Assembly (NCBI GenBank): GCA_027491735.1
Contig: JAOZGP010000006.1
Location: 32,001-96,000 of the forward strand
Direction: 5' to 3'
From: Thermoproteota archaeon
GTDB taxonomy: Archaea; Korarchaeota; Korarchaeia; Korarchaeales; Korarchaeaceae
DNA length: 64,000 bases
In this document: positions 10,677 to 21,200 of the stretch, in pieces
How the letters are laid out: each line of letters opens with the position of its first letter
Position numbering within the stretch: the stretch's first letter is position 1
The notes under the pieces: generated by a model
Databases searched by the model: none
Told to the model about the DNA's origin: nothing
The model's input: the letters and a program-made list of their open reading frames with translations, nothing else
Made by a program: the position numbers and the translations under genes

Positions 10677-11669
10677 ATGATAAAGGCAGCGGTTGTTGGA
10701 GCAAGCGGATATATAGGAGGGGAACTCATAAGGCTCCTCTGGGAGCACCCGGAGGCGGAGATAACAGCCCTCGTGTCGAGGAGGTATGAAGGGGAGAAGG
10801 TTCACAGGGTGCATCCAAACCTGAGGGGCCTCAACCTGAGGTTCACCGGCCCCAAGGAGCTCGACGCCGATGTGATATTCCTATCGGTCCCTCACGGCAC
10901 CTCCATGAGGATCATAGATGATTACGCTGGAAGCTCAAAGGTGATAGATATGAGCGCTGACTTCAGGGTTCCTCTGGAGCTCTACAGAGAATACTACGGG
11001 GAGCATCTCAGACCGGAGCTCTTAGAGGAGTTCGTCTATGGGCTTCCCGAGCTGCACAGGGACGAGATAAGGAGAGCCGAGCTCATAGCCAATCCCGGAT
11101 GCAACTCGACGGCGGTCATACTGGCGCTTCATCCTTTCAGGGACCTCGTCGATGAGGCCACGGTCGACCTGAAGGTCGGATCGAGTGCTGGGGGAAGGAA
11201 AGGTGGTCTTCCGAGGATGCATCCCGAGAGGAGCAACGCTGTGAGGGTGTACAGAACACATCACCACAGGCATGAGGCGGAGATACTAAATGAGACCGGC
11301 GTAAGGGCCCATCTGACGGTCCACTCGGTCGACCTGGTCAGGGGGCTCATGGCGACGATGTACCTCAGGATCGAATCTGACAGGAGGGAGATCTACAGAA
11401 GGCTCCTCGGATACCTGAAGGAACCATTTGTGAGGATTGTGAAGGATAGAAGGGGAATCCAGAGGCTTCCCGATCCAAAGTACCTGATCGGGAGCAACTT
11501 CGTCGATATAGGATTTGAGTGCGATGAGAACAACGGGAGGGTTATCCTCTTCTCAGCCCTGGACAATCTGATGAAGGGAGGGGCTGGTCAGGCGGTCCAG
11601 AACATGAACCTGACCTTCAGCCTTGAGGAGACCACGGGGCTGAGGAGGCTTCCGATATATCCCGTCTAG
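10677..11669 (+). CDS. lysY: LysW-gamma-aminoacyl-phosphate reductase (ArgC-like)
   Basis: Motifs GASGYIGGE, DMSADFR, YGLPE, ANPGCNST, DNLMKGGAGQAVQN. Confidence 0.93.
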   Translation: MIKAAVVGASGYIGGELIRLLWEHPEAEITALVSRRYEGEKVHRVHPNLRGLNLRFTGPKELDADVIFLSVPHGTSMRIIDDYAGSSKVIDMSADFRVPLELYREYYGEHLRPELLEEFVYGLPELHRDEIRRAELIANPGCNSTAVILALHPFRDLVDEATVDLKVGSSAGGRKGGLPRMHPERSNAVRVYRTHHHRHEAEILNETGVRAHLTVHSVDLVRGLMATMYLRIESDRREIYRRLLGYLKEPFVRIVKDRRGIQRLPDPKYLIGSNFVDIGFECDENNGRVILFSALDNLMKGGAGQAVQNMNLTFSLEETTGLRRLPIYPV

Positions 11670-11677
11670 GTGATCCC

Positions 11678-12400
11678 ATGAGGGTCCTCAAAATAGGGGG
11701 TGGTGTTGCCAGAAGACTTGACCTCTTGGACCTGGACGGGGATGTGATAGTGCACGGGGCATCGGACCAGGTGGATGAGCTGTGCAAGAGGCTCGGGATC
11801 GAGATAAGGAGGCTCGTCAGCCCATCTGGAGTTGAGTTCAGGCACACACCCGACGAAGTCCTTGAGGTGTACCTGATGGCAGCGATGAAGCTCAACAAGG
11901 AGATAGTGGCCCACCTTCAGGGCAGGGGGATGAAGGCGATCGGGGTGAGCGGGATGGATCTAGGGATTGTGAGGGCTAGAAGGAAGAGGTTCGTAAAGGC
12001 CGTTGTTGACGGAAGGAAGTTCGTCCTGAGGGATGACAACTCGGGCATCATAGAGGAGGTTGACTCAAGGAGGATAAGGGGGCTCATGAATCTCGGCATT
12101 CCGGTAATCGCCCCCATAGCGATCAGTGAGGAGAACAGGCCTCTCAACATAGATGGGGACAGGATGGCAACGGAGATCGCTGTAAGTCTCAGTGCCGATG
12201 AGCTGGTGTTCCTGAGCGATCTACCATTTCTTGTGGACGGGAGGGCCGTCGATAGGTTGAGCTCCAGCGAGGTCCGTGGCCTCCTGATGCATGCGAGAGG
12301 TGGGATGAGGAGGAAGCTCATGATGGCCGAGGAGGCCCTGAGGAGGGGAGTCGGAATGGTCGTGATAAGGGGATTGGATGGAGAGACGGTGATAGTTTGA
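11678..12400 (+). CDS. lysZ: LysW-aminoadipate/glutamate kinase (ArgB-like)
   Basis: Motifs VLKIGG, VIVHG, LNIDGD, GGMRRKL; operon position. Confidence 0.9.
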   Translation: MRVLKIGGGVARRLDLLDLDGDVIVHGASDQVDELCKRLGIEIRRLVSPSGVEFRHTPDEVLEVYLMAAMKLNKEIVAHLQGRGMKAIGVSGMDLGIVRARRKRFVKAVVDGRKFVLRDDNSGIIEEVDSRRIRGLMNLGIPVIAPIAISEENRPLNIDGDRMATEIAVSLSADELVFLSDLPFLVDGRAVDRLSSSEVRGLLMHARGGMRRKLMMAEEALRRGVGMVVIRGLDGETVIV

Positions 12401-13506
12401 GGGAGCTAAACCTCTACAGGAGGAGGCTCAGGATAGTCAGGGGAAAGGGGGTTTACATCTGGGACGACGAGGGGAGGAGGTACCTGGACGCTATAGCTGG
12501 GATAGGGGTTGCAGTCCTCGGTCACACGCATGAGGAGTTCAGCTCGGCTATGAGAGAGCAGATGGACAAGCTCGTTGTCGCTGGACCGATGTTCAACCAT
12601 GAGGAGAAGGATCAGGCGATCGAGGAGCTCTCAAGGTTCTCGAAGTTCGAGCACGTCTACTTCTGCAACTCCGGAACGGAGGCCGTCGAGGCGGCCCTCA
12701 AGTTCGCCAGGCTGGAGACCGGAAAGAAGGAGGTGGTTGCGATGACCGGGGCCTTTCATGGGAGAACTTTCGGCTCCCTGAGTGCTACATGGAGGAGGAG
12801 GTACAGGGAGGGCTTCGAGCCCCTCGTCCCGGGGTTCAGGCACATCCCCTTCAACGACGTGGAGGCCGCCAAGGAGGGCATCACTGGGGAGACAGCTGCG
12901 GTGATCCTCGAGCCGATACAGGGTGAGGGGGGCGTGATCCCAGCAAGGGAGGAGTTCGTCAGAACCCTGAGGGATGTCACGGAGGATAAGGGGGTCCTAC
13001 TCATAGCCGATGAAGTGCAGAGCGGGCTCAGGACAGGTAAGTTCATGGCCCTCGAACACTACGGGGTGCAGGCGGACATAGTCGCCATGGGGAAGGGAAT
13101 AGCGAACGGGGTGCCAATCGGTCTTACCCTCCTCAACTTCGACGTCCCGAGGAGCAAGCACGGCTCAACGTTCGGAGGAAATCCCCTATCCTGCAGGGCT
13201 CTGGCGACGACCCTGAGGATACTGAGGAGGGATGGACTGATGGAGAAGGCCCTGGACAAGTGGATAGATGTTCAGGGCCGAGATGTCATCCTAACCAGGG
13301 GCAGAGGGCTGATGATCGGCGTTCTGCTGAGGAAGGATGCCTGGAGCTACGTCCTCAAGCTTCAGCAAAGGGGGCTCCTGGTCAACACAGCTGGGAGGAG
13401 GGTGATAAGGCTCCTTCCTCCCTTGATAATAACGAAGGAGCAGATGAGCTGGATCAAGGGGTTGATGGAGGATGTCCTTCAGGAGGACGAGGAACGGAGG
13501 AGCTGA
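12397..13506 (+). CDS. lysJ: LysW-semialdehyde aminotransferase (ArgD-like, class III PLP)
   Basis: Motifs [40 protein letters not shown]. Confidence 0.92.
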   Translation: MRELNLYRRRLRIVRGKGVYIWDDEGRRYLDAIAGIGVAVLGHTHEEFSSAMREQMDKLVVAGPMFNHEEKDQAIEELSRFSKFEHVYFCNSGTEAVEAALKFARLETGKKEVVAMTGAFHGRTFGSLSATWRRRYREGFEPLVPGFRHIPFNDVEAAKEGITGETAAVILEPIQGEGGVIPAREEFVRTLRDVTEDKGVLLIADEVQSGLRTGKFMALEHYGVQADIVAMGKGIANGVPIGLTLLNFDVPRSKHGSTFGGNPLSCRALATTLRILRRDGLMEKALDKWIDVQGRDVILTRGRGLMIGVLLRKDAWSYVLKLQQRGLLVNTAGRRVIRLLPPLIITKEQMSWIKGLMEDVLQEDEERRS

Positions 13507-14500
13507 GGAGAAGGTTGAGTTCCTGGAGGAGCTCCTGAGGATCTACAGCCCAAACGGGAGAGAGAAGGAAGTGGCTGAGCTCATCCTTGATGAGCTCAAA
13601 AGGTGCGGGGCTCATGCCTGGATCGATGACGTCGGAAACGTCCTGGCGGAGAAGGAGGGGAATGGGCCATCGATCCTCTTAGCCGGTCACATGGACACCG
13701 TGGCTGGCTTCATACCCGTCAGGATCGAGAACGGATACATCTGGGGAAGGGGGAGTGTGGATGCAAAGGGACCCCTCTCAGCCCTCCTCTTCTCCTTCCT
13801 CGAGTCCGATGGCAACCTGATGTTCGCTGGGCTTGTGGATGAGGAGGGATCATCCAGAGGTGCTAGAAACCTCGAGCTCCCGAGGAGGCCGAATTACATA
13901 ATAGTTGGGGAGCCTAGTGGTCACGACTGTGTCACGATAGGCTACAAGGGGAGCTTGACAGCGAGGTTCAGGGTCGAGGTCGAGAGGTTTCACGAGAGCT
14001 CCTGCATGAAGGGAGCCGCGGAGCTCCTGATCGAGAGGTGGGTGGAGATCAGCAGGGAGTTCGGTGATGGCTTCTACGGACTGAGCGGGAGAATATTGAG
14101 CTTCAATACCTCGGAGGACGAGTTCCACTTCCTTGGGGAGATGGTGGTGAACCTCAGAACTCCTCCAGGCTACAGGCCCCCGGAGGAGTGGGAGATAATC
14201 AGCTTCACGCCTGCCTACGAGGTCTCCCCGAGGAGCGTGCTGGTCAGGACATTTGTGAGGGCCATAAGAAGGATCGGAGCCACTCCCAGATTGAAGAGGA
14301 AGAGCGGGACCGCCGACATGAACATACTCGGCCCAGCCTTCAGTGCTGATTCCGTTGCGTACGGACCGGGCGACTCCAGGCTTGATCACACGCCCCATGA
14401 GCACCTGAGCATAGAGGAGTACCTCATGTCCGTGGATGTGTTGAAGCTTGTCATCGAGGAGCTCTCAAGGGCCCCATCTCAGGCTCAGGCTGTTCACTAG
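13472..14500 (+). CDS. lysK: LysW-lysine/ornithine carboxypeptidase (ArgE-like M20)
   Basis: Motifs [37 protein letters not shown]. Confidence 0.92.
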   Translation: MSFRRTRNGGAEEKVEFLEELLRIYSPNGREKEVAELILDELKRCGAHAWIDDVGNVLAEKEGNGPSILLAGHMDTVAGFIPVRIENGYIWGRGSVDAKGPLSALLFSFLESDGNLMFAGLVDEEGSSRGARNLELPRRPNYIIVGEPSGHDCVTIGYKGSLTARFRVEVERFHESSCMKGAAELLIERWVEISREFGDGFYGLSGRILSFNTSEDEFHFLGEMVVNLRTPPGYRPPEEWEIISFTPAYEVSPRSVLVRTFVRAIRRIGATPRLKRKSGTADMNILGPAFSADSVAYGPGDSRLDHTPHEHLSIEEYLMSVDVLKLVIEELSRAPSQAQAVH

Positions 14501-15305
14501 CAGCTCTCCTGGCGAGCAGGGAGTTCGCGGCGTACCTGGAGACCGCCGCCACAGCGAGCACGATCACGGAGGACACCGTTATACAGGCCCCAACAGGCCA
14601 GTCGAGTAGATAACTCAGCATCAGACCTGAAAGCGATGAGGAGGATCCTATAATCGGCGATAAGATCATCTGGATGTTTGCTCTCTTGGATACAACCATG
14701 GAGGCTGCCATTGGGTTGTAAAGGAGGGAGAAGACGAGGAAGCCTCCGGTCAGCTTTAAGGTGAGCGCTATGGCCGCCCCGACGAAAAGGAGGATCGCCA
14801 GGATGTGGACCCTGACATCTATCCCCTCAGCCTCAGCGAGCTTCTTGTCGAACAGAATGGCTTCCAGCTGCTCCTTGAAGGAGGTTGTGTAGAGAAGAAA
14901 CGCCGCCAGGACGGATATCATGATGGCCAGCTTCAGGGGGGTCGTAACTAGGACGCTCCCCCAGAGCACAGACGATATCGAGGCTGTGGCCAGGACGGTG
15001 GTGTTCGAGATGTATATCATGAGCAGCGCGATCGCGTTGAATGCTGAGAAGAAGGCCATCGACGCAAGCTCCCTCATCCTGGTGAGACTTCTGAGGGCCA
15101 ATCCCATGAGGAAAGCAAGGCATACCGAAAAGGATGCGGCCGTTAGCGTCATGTCCGTTCCGAGAATCATCGCCAAGGCCGCCCCAGCCAGGGCTGCGTG
15201 GGCCACACTGAAGCAGAGGGTCACCACGCCGAGCCTCTCGACATAATACCCAAGGGTCCCGCACAGGACTCCGGCCAGGATCGAGGCAACTACTGAGAGG
15301 ATCAT
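14451..15305 (-). CDS. metal ABC transporter permease (ZnuB/ABC-3 family)
   Basis: Multiple transmembrane helices; HAALAG and FDKKLAEAEG motifs. Confidence 0.9.
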   Translation of the reverse strand: MILSVVASILAGVLCGTLGYYVERLGVVTLCFSVAHAALAGAALAMILGTDMTLTAASFSVCLAFLMGLALRSLTRMRELASMAFFSAFNAIALLMIYISNTTVLATASISSVLWGSVLVTTPLKLAIMISVLAAFLLYTTSFKEQLEAILFDKKLAEAEGIDVRVHILAILLFVGAAIALTLKLTGGFLVFSLLYNPMAASMVVSKRANIQMILSPIIGSSSSLSGLMLSYLLDWPVGACITVSSVIVLAVAAVSRYAANSLLARRAASEQPEPEMGPLRAPR

Positions 15306-15997
15306 CCCAAGCCTTCCACACGATCTAAGCTTTTAACTCTCCCGTCGCTCATCAGGACAACCCTGTCAGCAAGATCCCTCACCGGGGAGGTGTCGTGACT
15401 CACCATGACAACAGCGGTGTAGCTCTCATCGACCTCGCTCCTCAGCATCTCAGCTATCCTCCTCCTGAATCCTTCATCAAGGCTTGAGAAGGGCTCGTCG
15501 AGGAAGAGAACCCTTGGCTTCCTTATCAGGGCCCTGGCCAGGAAGACCCTCTGCTGTTGTCCTCCACTCAGCGTCCCAATGGGCCTCTTCAGCAGGCGAT
15601 CTATCTCGAGCTCCCTTGTCACCTCTTCAATCACCTCTCGGGGTGGCTGCTCTTTCAGGGATGCCAGGCCAAACCTAATCACCTGCTCGGCCGTGTAGTA
15701 ATCATGAGGAGGTCTCATGAAGTCCTGGGGGACGTAGCTACACTCCTTTCTTGCAGTCATGATCCTCCTGCTGCAGGTGTCCACGCCCAGAAGAAGAGCT
15801 CTCCCCCTGAGGGGCCTGAGAATTCCGAGGCAGGTCTCCACCAGGGTCGTCTTTCCAGCCCCGTTTGGTCCGGTTATCAGGACGAACTCCCTCTTCCTCA
15901 CGGAAAGGAATGCATCTACTATAGCAGGCCTTCCAGACCCGGAGTAAGATACCCAAACCCCGCTCAGAGATACTGCCTCTCCTCCAGGAGGTTCCAA
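15302..15997 (-). CDS. metal ABC transporter ATP-binding protein
   Basis: Walker A GPNGAGKT, signature LSGGQQQR, Walker B LFLDEP, SHD. Confidence 0.93.
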   Translation of the reverse strand: MEPPGGEAVSLSGVWVSYSGSGRPAIVDAFLSVRKREFVLITGPNGAGKTTLVETCLGILRPLRGRALLLGVDTCSRRIMTARKECSYVPQDFMRPPHDYYTAEQVIRFGLASLKEQPPREVIEEVTRELEIDRLLKRPIGTLSGGQQQRVFLARALIRKPRVLFLDEPFSSLDEGFRRRIAEMLRSEVDESYTAVVMVSHDTSPVRDLADRVVLMSDGRVKSLDRVEGLG

Positions 15998-16392
15998 AGG
16001 TCCTCCTCCTCCACGGACCTGGCGGCTTCGTCCATGCCCTCTGCCGCCGAAACCTCCTCTATCCTCCCGGCCACTCCCTTCCTTATCCTCACCTCAAGCT
16101 TCCTCCCATCCCTTCTGTCCTCAAATATGAACTTCATATCCTCAGAGCTTCCATCGATCAGCTTTATGGAGAGCTTGCCGAGGGTGCAGCCCGATGAGCA
16201 TTGTATCCCGTCCAGGGAGCATGTGTAAGGGGTTTTCGCTGGGAGGTAGGCCGTGCAGATCAGGTCGTGCTCGGAAGAAGGTCTGAGGACCTCTCTGGCC
16301 CTCATGCCTATTCTGTACCCAAGGACGAGCCATGGTCCCTTATGTCCATGGAGTCTGGCAGCCTCGTCTAGAGAGAGGCCAAAATTCCCCAG
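15964..16392 (-). CDS. FmdE-family protein, probable CTG start
   Basis: The in-frame extension upstream of ATG 16305 contains the FmdE motif LHGHKGPWLVLGYRIG; CSLDGIQCSSGCTLGK lies downstream. Confidence 0.82.
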   Translation of the reverse strand: MGNFGLSLDEAARLHGHKGPWLVLGYRIGMRAREVLRPSSEHDLICTAYLPAKTPYTCSLDGIQCSSGCTLGKLSIKLIDGSSEDMKFIFEDRRDGRKLEVRIRKGVAGRIEEVSAAEGMDEAARSVEEEDLWNLLEERQYL

Positions 16393-16398
16393 AAGAGC

Positions 16399-17373
16399 TC
16401 ACCTCCTCCTTATCAACAGGGCTATGAGCAGCATCACTGCTATCGCCAATGAGATCAGTGCCACAGATCTCCAGATCTCGACCTCATGCCTGAGCTTCAA
16501 GGTGGACTTCACGTAGGACGCCCTTTGAAGACCCCTGGCCAGGAGCTTCGAGTTGTACTTCATGACCTGTGTCATGTTGTTGAGCCCCGGTGCTGTCCCC
16601 GGGAAGTTCGTCATGGCGACCTCGACAGCGCCAACCTCGTCGGCCATCCTCACACCGAGATCGGTCCCGCTCTGGAGGTTGTCTATCACCAGAAGTGCAT
16701 TCTCCTTGGTGGCGTTCTTCACCACCTCTCTGTACTCCTTGGCGGAGACCATCTCAGGAGGCCTGAAGGTCCCCACAACCCTGAACCCCATGTACCTGAC
16801 GAAGGGCTTCTGCCAGATCATGCAGACAACAGGCTTCCCGACAAATCCGTTGCTCCTCGAGTAGTTCTTGAGCCAGGAGCCGGTCTCATCTATGCTCTTG
16901 AGACATCTGCTCAGTCTCAAGCTCAGGTCAACACCGAGCTCCTTCTCAATTACACCAGCAACTCTCTCATACAGGGACTTGAGGTCCTCCGGGGTCGACC
17001 AGGAGCCCTTAACCCTGATCACAGCGGCTTTGGACCCAGACGCCTCCTTAAGATCCTTAATCCAGGGCTCAAAGCCGTGCATCAATATCAGGTCTGCTCT
17101 GCCGAAGATCTCCACATCGCTCGGCCTTATATCGTAGTGCGCTGGGCACACAGACGGGCTGGCGATCACGTACACGTCCACATAGTCTCCGGCCAAGTCC
17201 TCAACCACGCTTCCGAGGACCGTGGTGGTGCACACCACGAGCGGCCTCTTCGGCTCAGCGGACGCTGGCACCAAGGTTCCTGAGGTGAGGATCACCAGGA
17301 CCACTGAGGTCACGAGGACTGTGAGCGCTCCCCTTCTCACGGACATCACCATCGACGGATGATCAATTTCCAT
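16399..17373 (-). CDS. metal ABC transporter substrate-binding protein (ZnuA/TroA family) with C-terminal membrane anchor
   Basis: Signal peptide, VVCTTTVL, CPAHYDIRPSD, HGFEPW, C-terminal TM helix ending in RRR. Start is probably ATG 17346. Confidence 0.88.
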   Translation of the reverse strand: MEIDHPSMVMSVRRGALTVLVTSVVLVILTSGTLVPASAEPKRPLVVCTTTVLGSVVEDLAGDYVDVYVIASPSVCPAHYDIRPSDVEIFGRADLILMHGFEPWIKDLKEASGSKAAVIRVKGSWSTPEDLKSLYERVAGVIEKELGVDLSLRLSRCLKSIDETGSWLKNYSRSNGFVGKPVVCMIWQKPFVRYMGFRVVGTFRPPEMVSAKEYREVVKNATKENALLVIDNLQSGTDLGVRMADEVGAVEVAMTNFPGTAPGLNNMTQVMKYNSKLLARGLQRASYVKSTLKLRHEVEIWRSVALISLAIAVMLLIALLIRRR

Positions 17374-17387
17374 CCGTTAAGATTTAA

Positions 17388-17414
17388 GTGTTACTTCTTA
17401 TTACATCATAATAC
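17388..17414. promoter_or_regulatory. NikR-like operator GTGTTA-N15-TAATAC
   Basis: Imperfect inverted half-sites next to a TTTAAG box, just upstream of the metal ABC/FmdE operon. Confidence 0.45.
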
Positions 17415-17519
17415 AGTCTTGAGAGCTCAATTCCTAGAGGATTGATGGAGGAAGCTCATCAGCGGAGCACCTGCGCGTCAGCTTCACTGTCAGATCACCA
17501 AGTAGCCTCAGATCGTTCC

Positions 17520-17700
17520 AGAACCGGAATTAACTCAAGGGGTCGCTGAGCTGGAAGCTGTGTTGAATAACGCCTGTAAGGAGGTTCCTGTAGACAACTC
17601 AGTGGGCTGTGGTGGTAGGGGCGGATGTCATAAAAATGGAGTGATCAGGTTTGTCCTCACTCGTAAAAGGACAGAAGGAGAAGAAGGAGAAAGAAGCTGA
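17520..17700 (+). pseudogene. possible degraded Hsp20 remnant
   Basis: Fragments VAELEAV and HKNGVIRFVLTRKRTEGEEGERS resemble the Hsp20 VAELPGV and YKNGVL motifs; frames are broken. Confidence 0.3.
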
Positions 17701-17904
17701 AGATGGATTATGTGTTCGCTGTCTATCTCATCTCGAGCTTCTGAACAGCTCCATGATCTCCTTAAGCCGTCGATCCCCCTTTCAATCCTCTTTACATTGA
17801 GACACTGGTTTTCTACAGACTTCATGCAAGCCAACCTTCTCTACACCTTCATCGGAACTGTTCTTTTGATCATAGCTGCTCTCTTCTTTGGGAAGGGAAT
17901 CGGG

Positions 17905-17930
17905 AATAAATAAAAATAAAAATAAAAAAG
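17905..17930 (-). terminator. oligo-T archaeal-type terminator after the array-embedded gene
   Basis: The - strand reads as repeated T runs (TTTTTT/TTTTT separated by A) immediately after the stop at 17933. Confidence 0.5.
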
Positions 17931-17932
17931 GA

Positions 17933-18247
17933 TTAAAAGATCCTCCAAGCTTCCTCTTCTGCTTCTTCCTCTTCTTCGTCCTCTTCAAAGAACCTCCATG
18001 TTCCCTTCCGCTCCCACGGAAGGGGCTTCGACTTATTTGATCCATCAGGCTCCGATGCGATCCCCGGCAACAAGCCTCCTCTCTCTGCGTAGTTTCTATA
18101 ACATTCAAAGGAGCAGAAGTGGCTCTCGTCTATGTCTCCGAGGGCACCTCTTCCCTCTCTCACTATTATTACCCTGTCCGGCTCTATCCCGGCTCCACAG
18201 TTGTCGCACACGTACCAGGTCTCTCCAGATATGGTGCGCTTTCCCAT
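17933..18247 (-). CDS. small Zn-finger (CxxC...CxxxC, TRASH/YHS-like) acidic-tail protein inside the CRISPR array
   Basis: 104 aa: YVCDNCG, HFCSFEC, EEDEEEEEAEEE tail. AATATAAG box and GGGGAG upstream; T-rich tract downstream. Confidence 0.75.
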   Translation of the reverse strand: MGKRTISGETWYVCDNCGAGIEPDRVIIVREGRGALGDIDESHFCSFECYRNYAERGGLLPGIASEPDGSNKSKPLPWERKGTWRFFEEDEEEEEAEEEAWRIF

Positions 18248-21200
18248 CTTCTCTCCCCCAACTTATATTCTTGTGGTCAACTTTACTTCCCAACATAGAT
18301 CCTTTCAATCCTCTTTACATTGAGACAAATAAGCTTTTAAAGAGTATAAAAGTATTTCGCAAGTATCTTTCAATCCTCTTTACATTGAGACTTTGTCTGG
18401 CTTTGTTAACCCCCTTCAACTAGGCATGTCTTTCAATCCTCTTTACATTGAGACCTGAAGATCGACGGCGTTGATACAGGCGCCGTTGTCAACTTTCAAT
18501 CCTCTTTACATTGAGACTTGGAGGAGGTGAAACAGCCAGATGACATCCAATTTTGACTTTCAATCCTCTTTACATTGAGACGACATCGTCAAGCCACTTC
18601 AACAGGCTCTCGGCTGGGTCTCTTTCAATCCTCTTTACATTGAGACTAGCACTTCTCCACGAGCTTTTTGGGGAAACATTGGATTTCTTTCAATCCTCTT
18701 TACATTGAGACGAAGATGCTTACCTTCCACGTGGGTGGAAGGTAAGCTACTTTCAATCCTCTTTACATTGAGACCTACCGTTTACAGCGACGTGGATGGA
18801 ACCTTATACGTCTTTCAATCCTCTTTACATTGAGACCTCCGTGGGTTTTACCCTGGACGAGCTCTTTCCAATCTTTCAATCCTCTTTACATTGAGACGCA
18901 GCTAAGGTCCAGCAGGCCATTTCGAAGAAGAGAAGGACTTTCAATCCTCTTTACATTGAGACTTAGCAGTGAAAGACCGAGTTATACAACGTGCATCTCT
19001 CACCTTTCAATCCTCTTTACATTGAGACCGGGAACGAGCTGGAAGTTGATTGAACTTAGACCCTACACCTTTCAATCCTCTTTACATTGAGACAGCGGGC
19101 CCAATTCCCTTTTCCTGTTCAAAAGGGCTGTCTTTCAATCCTCTTTACATTGAGACCCATTGACAACAGGGTTAAGCCTGTCGTAGCGGCCTTAGCTTTC
19201 AATCCTCTTTACATTGAGACCTAGACCATGTCACATTAGCATATATCGTATCTATTGGACTTTCAATCCTCTTTACATTGAGACTACATTTATAGTATTC
19301 TTTCTAATAACAGATTATATGATCTTTCAATCCTCTTTACATTGAGACGATATCTGCATCCTTCTCTTTCTCTTCTTCTACAACTATAAACTTTCAATCC
19401 TCTTTACATTGAGACTTTGATCCAAGGAGCGATTTTCCGTGCTATGCTGTCATCCTTTCAATCCTCTTTACATTGAGACCGAGTTCCGCAGCAGGTACCC
19501 AACAGCGAGTGAAGCAACTTTCAATCCTCTTTACATTGAGACATGTTGTTGTACCTCCGCAGGGTGGCCTCCATGCGGTAACTTTCAATCCTCTTTACAT
19601 TGAGACCCAGCTCTTGGCATGAACTAAACAACAAGGTAGAAAGCTTTCAATCCTCTTTACATTGAGACAAACTCCAGAGGAGGAGGAGAAGGAGAGGAGG
19701 AGAACTTTCAATCCTCTTTACATTGAGACTTTCAGAGAATAAACTGTCTTACTATGAAGTAGAGTCAACTTTCAATCCTCTTTACATTGAGACCGTTCTC
19801 GCTGCTAGAACCATACCTTAAAGCACTCTCCGCTTTCAATCCTCTTTACATTGAGACAGCTTGGATGCAGTGAGAGTCAAGCGAGGAATCTTCTTCTTTC
19901 AATCCTCTTTACATTGAGACTTGGAGACCATATCAGGCAGCAAAGCTTGTCCTATTAAGCACTTTCAATCCTCTTTACATTGAGACGAGCAACCTGGCGC
20001 CGAACCCGGCTCTCAGCTCTATCCCTTTCAATCCTCTTTACATTGAGACATTGAGACAGTGGTTATACCGCGAAACTATACCTGCTGGCACTTTCAATCC
20101 TCTTTACATTGAGACCTGCTGAAGGAGATACTGCCTTCTCCTCTTTTTCATCTCTTTCAATCCTCTTTACATTGAGACTCAAAGTCGAAGCCATTGTGCC
20201 ACACGGGATCCACTTCTCCTTTCAATCCTCTTTACATTGAGACAGAGAGAGGAGCTATTCTGTCTCAGGAAAGGACTGGAACTTTCAATCCTCTTTACAT
20301 TGAGACTCTCGACAGCTTGCCTGTCCACCTCGGCTGTTGCGTTGCCTTTCAATCCTCTTTACATTGAGACCATGGGACTCACTGACTTCGACATCTTCCA
20401 AATAGACTTCTTTCAATCCTCTTTACATTGAGACATTTAAGTGTGTGCATAAAATAGTAGGGTGAGAAAATGGCTTTCAATCCTCTTTACATTGAGACCT
20501 AGGAACTTAGCACGGAATTCTACTAGAACCGGTAAAGCTTTCAATCCTCTTTACATTGAGACCTCCTGATAGCCAACCAACCACACCCTTGTATACATCC
20601 TCTTTCAATCCTCTTTACATTGAGACTTCGAACCCAATCACTATGGACCTCAATAAAGCCGAAATCCCTTTCAATCCTCTTTACATTGAGACAACAATGT
20701 CTACCGGTGGAAGGATGGGGACGCACATAAACTTTCAATCCTCTTTACATTGAGACCCAGTCCTCGAGCTCCATCTTCACCTCCTTGATCTTTTCTTTCA
20801 ATCCTCTTTACATTGAGACAGACTGGCACAATGGCTTCGACTTTGAGACCTGACTCTCCTTTCAATCCTCTTTACATTGAGACCTGCGTGGAGATGAACT
20901 CCTCGAGGATGCCCGGCTTCCGGCCGGGTGGAATGTGCTTTCAATCCTCTTTACATTGAGACCAGAAATGGGGAAATAAAACTTGAGTTTCATGAAGGCA
21001 ACTTTCAATCCTCTTTACATTGAGACATAAAATAGAGGAGAGATCATTTTCAGAAGAAGATATAAGACTTTCAATCCTCTTTACATTGAGACTTACGAAA
21101 AAAAGGATATAGATTTACTCTACGAAAGCGGCTTTCAATCCTCTTTACATTGAGACTAATTACGCTAATGTAAAAGGAAAGGAGCTTGCTCTTACCTTTC

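Noticed and set aside
9660-10814. 384-aa - strand ORF, and similar long antisense ORFs (7287..8018, 16486..17283, 47977..48771, 62562..63209)
   Set aside because: Shadows of well-supported genes on the opposite strand, with P/H/L-rich composition and no motifs.
17716-17740. Possible degenerate terminal repeat left of 17779
   Set aside because: Alignment needs several gaps and mismatches; too weak to call.
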